Assembly: GCA_050951545.1 (NCBI GenBank)
Contig: JBMNJG010000005.1
Coordinates: forward strand, 1-64,000
Source of the DNA: Limnochordia bacterium
GTDB taxonomy: Bacteria > Bacillota > Limnochordia > DTU080
Direction: 5' to 3'
DNA length: 64,000 nt
Of this stretch, positions 59,178-64,000 are shown one piece after another. Each line of letters starts with the position of its first letter. Position 1 is the first letter of the stretch. The position numbers and the translations under genes are program-made. Under the pieces are notes generated by a model. That model was not told the DNA's origin. It searched no databases and saw only the letters and a program-made list of their open reading frames with translations.

Positions 59178-60660
59178 AGATCATTCTCGCTCCTGGTGCT
59201 ACCGCACCAGGACGTCGCGTATTGTTGCCTGCGTCTGACTGCCGTCCCGGAATAATCACGGTCTGCCCCTCCTCAAGGCCGGAGACAATTTCGGTGTACC
59301 CATTCCCTTTCAGACCTATCTCTATCTGGGCAAACTGGGGTTCATCTTCGGGCTCAGCTGTCGCCAACCGCACCGTTGCTCTGCCCCGCTGATCGATAAC
59401 TGCAGCATCCGGCAACACAAGAACGTTGGGTTTGTGTAGCACCTGAACCACGATATCTGCCGTCATACCAGGGCGAAAGAGGGCATCATGAGCAGTCAGC
59501 TCAACGTAGATCGGATAGGTAACCACACTCTGACTCACCCGTGCCTCGCCACCGATAGCCACCAGACGTCCGCTAAAGGGTTGCCTCTCCATGGCCGCTA
59601 GAGTGATCTCCACCCGCTGTCCAGGCTGTAGCGCAGAGAGGTCGGATTCATCTACATAAGCCACGACCTGCCACTTTCTCACAGCGGCCAAGCTCACCAC
59701 AGCGAGGCGATCAGCGGAACCTCCTGCTGACAACTCGGCACCGACCACAGCATTGAGCTGTAGCACCATGCCCTCAAAAGGAGCCTTTAGAGTCAGAGAC
59801 GCCAGATTCCTCCGAGCAGTCTCCACGGCGGTCTCTGCCTTACGGACCTCGGCTTCTGCCTGAATCACGGACTCTGAAGAGGCCGCCTTCGCCCGGGCCT
59901 CCTCGGCAATGGCCAGGTTGACCTCCGCCTGTTGCACTGCAGCTAGTGCGGCCTCTTTCTCCTTCGGATCTGCTCCTTTTAGCAGCGAATTCTGCCGTAG
60001 CTGGGCGTTCGTCAGATTGTCTTTGGCTATCTCCAACTTCTCGACGTACTGCTGGTACTCCATCTTGGCCACCAAACCAGCCTCATAGAGAAGACGTTGG
60101 GCCGCCAGTTCATCCTCGGCAGTGCGCAGACTAATTTGCGCTTGGCGTAAGCTGGCCCGGGCCTGCTCTAGGTCTTGCTCTGTCGGCCCGGCCAAGAGGC
60201 TCTCCAGCTTCAGTTTCGCGTTAAGCAACTCCTGGCGCGCCTTCTGCACCTGAATCTCTGCGGTCTTAGGAGCATTCGCGTAGTTGTCGCGTGCGGTCGC
60301 CAGCCGAGCGTTAGCTAGAGCCAGATCCTGTTGAGCCTCCGCCAGCGCCCGCTCCGCCTCATCTGTAGCGAAGCGCACTAAGACCTGACCTGGCTTCACA
60401 ATCTGTCCCGGACTGACTAACACCTCCACTACCTTGGCCGACACTGCGTTGTAGAGACTCTCCTCGCGCGTAGGCCTCAACTCGCCAGTGGCGTCCACAA
60501 CCGAAGACAGAGTACGCCGCTGAACCTGTACGGTTCTCACGAGATCTGCAGGCCCTAGTGCAGAGGCCTTCCTGTGTGCCCGCCAGCGGACAAAACCCAT
60601 GGCCGCCAACAGCACCAAAACGATAGCCACCGCGATGACGATCCACCTGCGTCTTGTCAT
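59164..60660 (-). CDS. Efflux periplasmic adaptor (MacA/HlyD-like) with long coiled coil
   Basis: N-term TM, lipoyl halves (V.PGQ.L, APFEG), PGMTA. Confidence 0.9.
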   Translation of the reverse strand: MTRRRWIVIAVAIVLVLLAAMGFVRWRAHRKASALGPADLVRTVQVQRRTLSSVVDATGELRPTREESLYNAVSAKVVEVLVSPGQIVKPGQVLVRFATDEAERALAEAQQDLALANARLATARDNYANAPKTAEIQVQKARQELLNAKLKLESLLAGPTEQDLEQARASLRQAQISLRTAEDELAAQRLLYEAGLVAKMEYQQYVEKLEIAKDNLTNAQLRQNSLLKGADPKEKEAALAAVQQAEVNLAIAEEARAKAASSESVIQAEAEVRKAETAVETARRNLASLTLKAPFEGMVLQLNAVVGAELSAGGSADRLAVVSLAAVRKWQVVAYVDESDLSALQPGQRVEITLAAMERQPFSGRLVAIGGEARVSQSVVTYPIYVELTAHDALFRPGMTADIVVQVLHKPNVLVLPDAAVIDQRGRATVRLATAEPEDEPQFAQIEIGLKGNGYTEIVSGLEEGQTVIIPGRQSDAGNNTRRPGAVAPGARMIFGVR

Positions 60661-60664
60661 ATGA

Positions 60665-62236
60665 CTACCCCTCCAGCTGGCCCAAGACTTCGTAGTCACC
60701 TACGGCGGCTAGCAACCTCACGTAAGCCAGCTGCCAGTCATAGAGGGCCCTGTGGGCTGCCGCTTCTGCCTGGACATAGGCGAACTGCGCCTCGGCTACA
60801 TCGGCGTGAGTTGCGCCTCCCAGTTCTGCGCGAGCCTGCACTGTAGTGTAGTTAAGCAGTTCTCGCTCCAAAAGGGCCAATTGTAGGTCATAGCGCGCCG
60901 CCTTCGCTGCCACGTCAGCCCATGATGTACGTATCTTGTCGTGGGCATCATCTCTCGCCTGCAGCAGATTGCTCTGAGCCACCCGCAACTCTGCCTCTGC
61001 ATTGCGAATGGCGACTGCACGACTGATTGCGGAATCAGCCCCTCCGAGGCTGGTCGCAAAGGAGGCATGCATACTCCACTGACCGCTCTGCTCCACTCGC
61101 AGTGAAGCGGACAGACTACCCGTAGTGCCGTCCTTCACTTTGGTCATGTCCAGGCCAAGCCCAAACGCCCCATTGCTCATGTCGTAACTGACTAGCGGCT
61201 TGAGCTCATAGGGTTGACCAAGACGTCCTGCAGCTAGGTTCTCCTCGCTGATCCGCTTACTCAGTAGAGCCTGGCGAACCTCTGGGCGTTGCTCTGCCCT
61301 ACCTAGCAGTTCCTCACAGGAACCAATGCCTTCGGGCTGCCACGTCGGCTCTAGCCATGTTTGGGCAACCGCGAGGAGCATCTCCTTATCCACACCCAGT
61401 TGCCGACTGAGCTCGCCCCCAGCGGCCTCACGCTGTGCACTGCTGGCCACGATATCGAGCTCAGCTACTCGCACGCGCTGCTCAGCCACGCGGATCTCCG
61501 TGGCCGTGGCTCTGCCCACTTCAGCTAGAGCCTTGCTTTTCTGCAGCTGAAGTGAATAGATGTCTAGCTGCTTGTGAGCCACCTGCTGATCGAGATCCAC
61601 TTTCCAGTAGTCCAAAAACGCCTTCGCCACCGCCACCACAGCAGCTTCGCGGGCGAGCTCCAAGGCGAGCTCTTTCTGTTCGACCGCCCTAGCTCGCTCC
61701 CGTACGAGCTGTGCCTCCTGGCGCATAGCACCATCGGGAACGCGCACTGCCCAGCCCAGGGTCAGGGGACCAGCCTTCACAGTCTTTGCGCCATTATCCA
61801 GACCCACTGTCACCTCATCAAGAGAGAGGGCGAGGCTCTGGTTGGGAGTCACGCTGCGCGTGACATCGGCCGTTATACGCACATCTGCCGCGGACTCACC
61901 GGCTGGTCCCCGCTGCACACTAGCTGATCTTAGTGTCGCCACGGCCAATCTCCATCCTAGGTCCGCCTGAGCTTCAGCCACATGTGAACGCGCGAGATCT
62001 AGCTCACGCTGCGCCTTGGCCACTGCGGGAGACTCGCTCGCTGCAAGGCGGATCAGTTGACCTAGTTGGGCATACGCCGCACTGGCACCAAACACCCAGG
62101 CCAACAAGACAGACACCGTCACCAGAGTACCCTTTATCATCGTCCGCTGTAATCTCATTGCGACACGCATCCTCATCACCTGGCATCTCATAACCCTACG
62201 ACCCCAGGTAATCACGGAACTCCTGCTGCTTGTCAC
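60665..62236 (-). CDS. TolC-family protein (start uncertain)
   Basis: Signal peptide, coiled-coil repeats, G.AT..E/D motifs. Confidence 0.75.
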   Translation of the reverse strand: MTSSRSSVITWGRRVMRCQVMRMRVAMRLQRTMIKGTLVTVSVLLAWVFGASAAYAQLGQLIRLAASESPAVAKAQRELDLARSHVAEAQADLGWRLAVATLRSASVQRGPAGESAADVRITADVTRSVTPNQSLALSLDEVTVGLDNGAKTVKAGPLTLGWAVRVPDGAMRQEAQLVRERARAVEQKELALELAREAAVVAVAKAFLDYWKVDLDQQVAHKQLDIYSLQLQKSKALAEVGRATATEIRVAEQRVRVAELDIVASSAQREAAGGELSRQLGVDKEMLLAVAQTWLEPTWQPEGIGSCEELLGRAEQRPEVRQALLSKRISEENLAAGRLGQPYELKPLVSYDMSNGAFGLGLDMTKVKDGTTGSLSASLRVEQSGQWSMHASFATSLGGADSAISRAVAIRNAEAELRVAQSNLLQARDDAHDKIRTSWADVAAKAARYDLQLALLERELLNYTTVQARAELGGATHADVAEAQFAYVQAEAAAHRALYDWQLAYVRLLAAVGDYEVLGQLEG

Positions 62237-63233
62237 GAATGCGGATCTTCGTGTCGAGTAGAGCCTGACGGCTCTGGGTTAGGGAATTCTCCTGCGAAGC
62301 CAGCTGCATCTCCGTGATCATCCCCTGAGCTAGCTTGATCTGTGCCGCCGCCAGCTGTTCCTCGGCCACCCTTACGGTCAGTTCCGCGGCACTCAGCTCC
62401 CAATGGAGTGACGCGATCTCCATCCTGTACTGATGCACCTGGATGTACGCTCGTTTCTGCTCTTCCTCCAACACTCTCTCGGCCTTCTCCACAGCGATCT
62501 CATACTTCCGCCGATCGGTCAGAGGCGTGAAGCCCGCATCGTTAAGCTTGAGATCAAGCTGCGCCCCTTCTAACTGCTCGCGCGCACTCACTATGCGAGC
62601 TGTGCGGGCCAGCGCTAGCTCCAATGCTTCTTCGGCATCCCAAGTCTCCAATGTCAGTTCGAAATCTCGCACCTCAAGATCAAAGGGCGCATTGATGTCG
62701 TCAGACCCAAGGTACTGCAAGAAGCTCATCCGCGCAGTCTGCAGAGAGGCCTTTGAATCGGCCAAGCTCTTTTCTGCCGAGATGACGTCCTTCTGGGCAT
62801 TGAGCAGAGCTACGTTACTCTCCAGATTGAGGCGGATCTTGAGTTCGACCGTGGCCAGCTCCTCCTTGGCCTGCGCCAGTCGGCGCTCGTTGAGTGCAAC
62901 GAGATCGTGTGCCTTGAGAATAGCCAGTGCCTGATTGCTGACCTCACGACTCACTCTGCTTCTTTGAGCCTTCAGATTGTCCTCAGCCTTGTCATACGCC
63001 AAGCGTCGCTGCCTGAGCTGGCTTGGGTTGGGGCTAAGCACCTGATCGGCCTCCGCACGCTGAAGATCCATGCGTGCCAGTTCCAGGTCGAGTAAGGCGG
63101 GGACCACGTCTGCGTTGCGCTCCAGCGCAAGGGCAATCGCATCGTCTAGAGTGATTGTTGACGCAGCCACTGCGTTCACGCATAGAGCCATGGTGATAGC
63201 CAAGATGACGATGAGGATACGCCTAGATGCCAT
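62196..63233 (-). CDS. TolC-family protein (short)
   Basis: Signal peptide, TLDDAI.LAL.RN, GMIT. Confidence 0.78.
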   Translation of the reverse strand: MASRRILIVILAITMALCVNAVAASTITLDDAIALALERNADVVPALLDLELARMDLQRAEADQVLSPNPSQLRQRRLAYDKAEDNLKAQRSRVSREVSNQALAILKAHDLVALNERRLAQAKEELATVELKIRLNLESNVALLNAQKDVISAEKSLADSKASLQTARMSFLQYLGSDDINAPFDLEVRDFELTLETWDAEEALELALARTARIVSAREQLEGAQLDLKLNDAGFTPLTDRRKYEIAVEKAERVLEEEQKRAYIQVHQYRMEIASLHWELSAAELTVRVAEEQLAAAQIKLAQGMITEMQLASQENSLTQSRQALLDTKIRIRDKQQEFRDYLGS

Positions 63234-63316
63234 GTGGCTAACCTCCTGTAAGGCAATCTCCGCTGAAGGCGGGTACTGGAGCTATCTTACCAGCTATTTG
63301 TGACGAAAAGATGACA

Positions 63317-63350
63317 AGACTGGGAAGTCCAGGCCTAGACTTCCCAGTCT
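63317..63350. terminator. Hairpin
   Basis: AGACTGGGAAGTC-N8-GACTTCCCAGTCT. Confidence 0.65.
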
Positions 63351-63409
63351 ACTATACAGGTCGTGAGTAACAGCGTCACCCCAGCCCCAAGCTCCTGCTG
63401 AGATGATCT

Positions 63410-64000
63410 CTACGGAATCAGACTGCGCGGGTTCCACGTACCCTGCGCCACCTGCGGAACGAACTCATCAAGCCCCTCTATGGGGAAAGCCAGGGTCTTG
63501 TTGAGTTCAGCAGACATGTAGCAGGCCATCACTAGCTCAATCACCTGTAGACCATCATGCAGATCCTCAATAGGTTGCACTCCATCGATAAACGACTCCA
63601 CCATGTGACGATTCTCATCGGTGTAGCCATAGATACCGGCTTCGTCCCACAGATACGGCAACAAGCCCTGCTCTGCGCCTTGCTTCTCTACCAAATCCTC
63701 GCCCTCCGGACCTCGCACGTGGCGACTGAAGAAAACCTGAGACTCCGGATCGAGGCTGTTGCTCATCAATGAGTACTCCGGCCCCAGGACCTCAAACGTC
63801 AGGCGCAGCCCAGGGCCCACGTAGCTCCAAGAGGTACTGGTTTGAGCAATGGCCGTCTGACCTTCTGCAGTCTCGTAGACAACCTCACCATAGGCGTAAT
63901 CCTCTACGGGGGCCCGAGAGTAGTCGATCTCTTCACCCATCGCCTTCTGTAACTGACGGATATACTCAGGCCTCGTCCATTTGAGAGAGGCGATTCGTCC
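63410..64000 (-). CDS. Gfo/Idh/MocA oxidoreductase, C-terminal part (5' end outside window)
   Basis: Frame open to the window edge (..IASLKWTRP..); YGY..E.RH, DG..V..L.MACY.SAE. Confidence 0.75.
   Translation of the reverse strand, partial: GRIASLKWTRPEYIRQLQKAMGEEIDYSRAPVEDYAYGEVVYETAEGQTAIAQTSTSWSYVGPGLRLTFEVLGPEYSLMSNSLDPESQVFFSRHVRGPEGEDLVEKQGAEQGLLPYLWDEAGIYGYTDENRHMVESFIDGVQPIEDLHDGLQVIELVMACYMSAELNKTLAFPIEGLDEFVPQVAQGTWNPRSLIP

Noticed and set aside
1-64000. tRNA, rRNA or prophage genes
   Set aside because: No recognisable tRNA or rRNA motifs and no phage structural or integrase ORFs seen.

Overview
64-kb GC-rich bacterial chromosomal segment with a Bacillota-like gene set (GlpP antiterminator, CD3324-like protein, LCP protein, Flp-type Crp/Fnr-HMA-ATPase module). 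A TolC pair hints at a diderm lineage. From the left: a DUF4338(DruA-like)-IS4 transposase fusion whose end interrupts a CRISPR repeat; a type I-E array (31 full + 1 truncated 28-bp repeats, spacers 17-48 nt); and a complete cas3-cse1-cse2-cas7-cas5-cas6-cas1-cas2 operon. Next come a catabolic region (binding proteins, duplicated DUF4838 and GDPD genes, G1P dehydrogenase, M20 peptidases, phosphoesterase-PHP fusion) and a heavy-metal ATPase module. The standout is an unexplained module at 33.9-37.0 kb: a frameshifted tandem-wHTH + Vsr/DUF559-like nuclease gene with a LexA-type box, next to 4.5 tandem copies of a ~410-bp hairpin-rich, mosaic, apparently non-coding unit. The right half holds iorAB(fused)-paaK-ACT, a GlpP-attenuated glycerol-3-phosphate oxidation operon, nagB, rtcB, arsR-permease-thioredoxin, MNT-HEPN, ispG, an LCP gene, a GAF kinase/receiver pair and a MacAB-TolC-like operon. 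All calls are by eye from motifs; no database searches were run.
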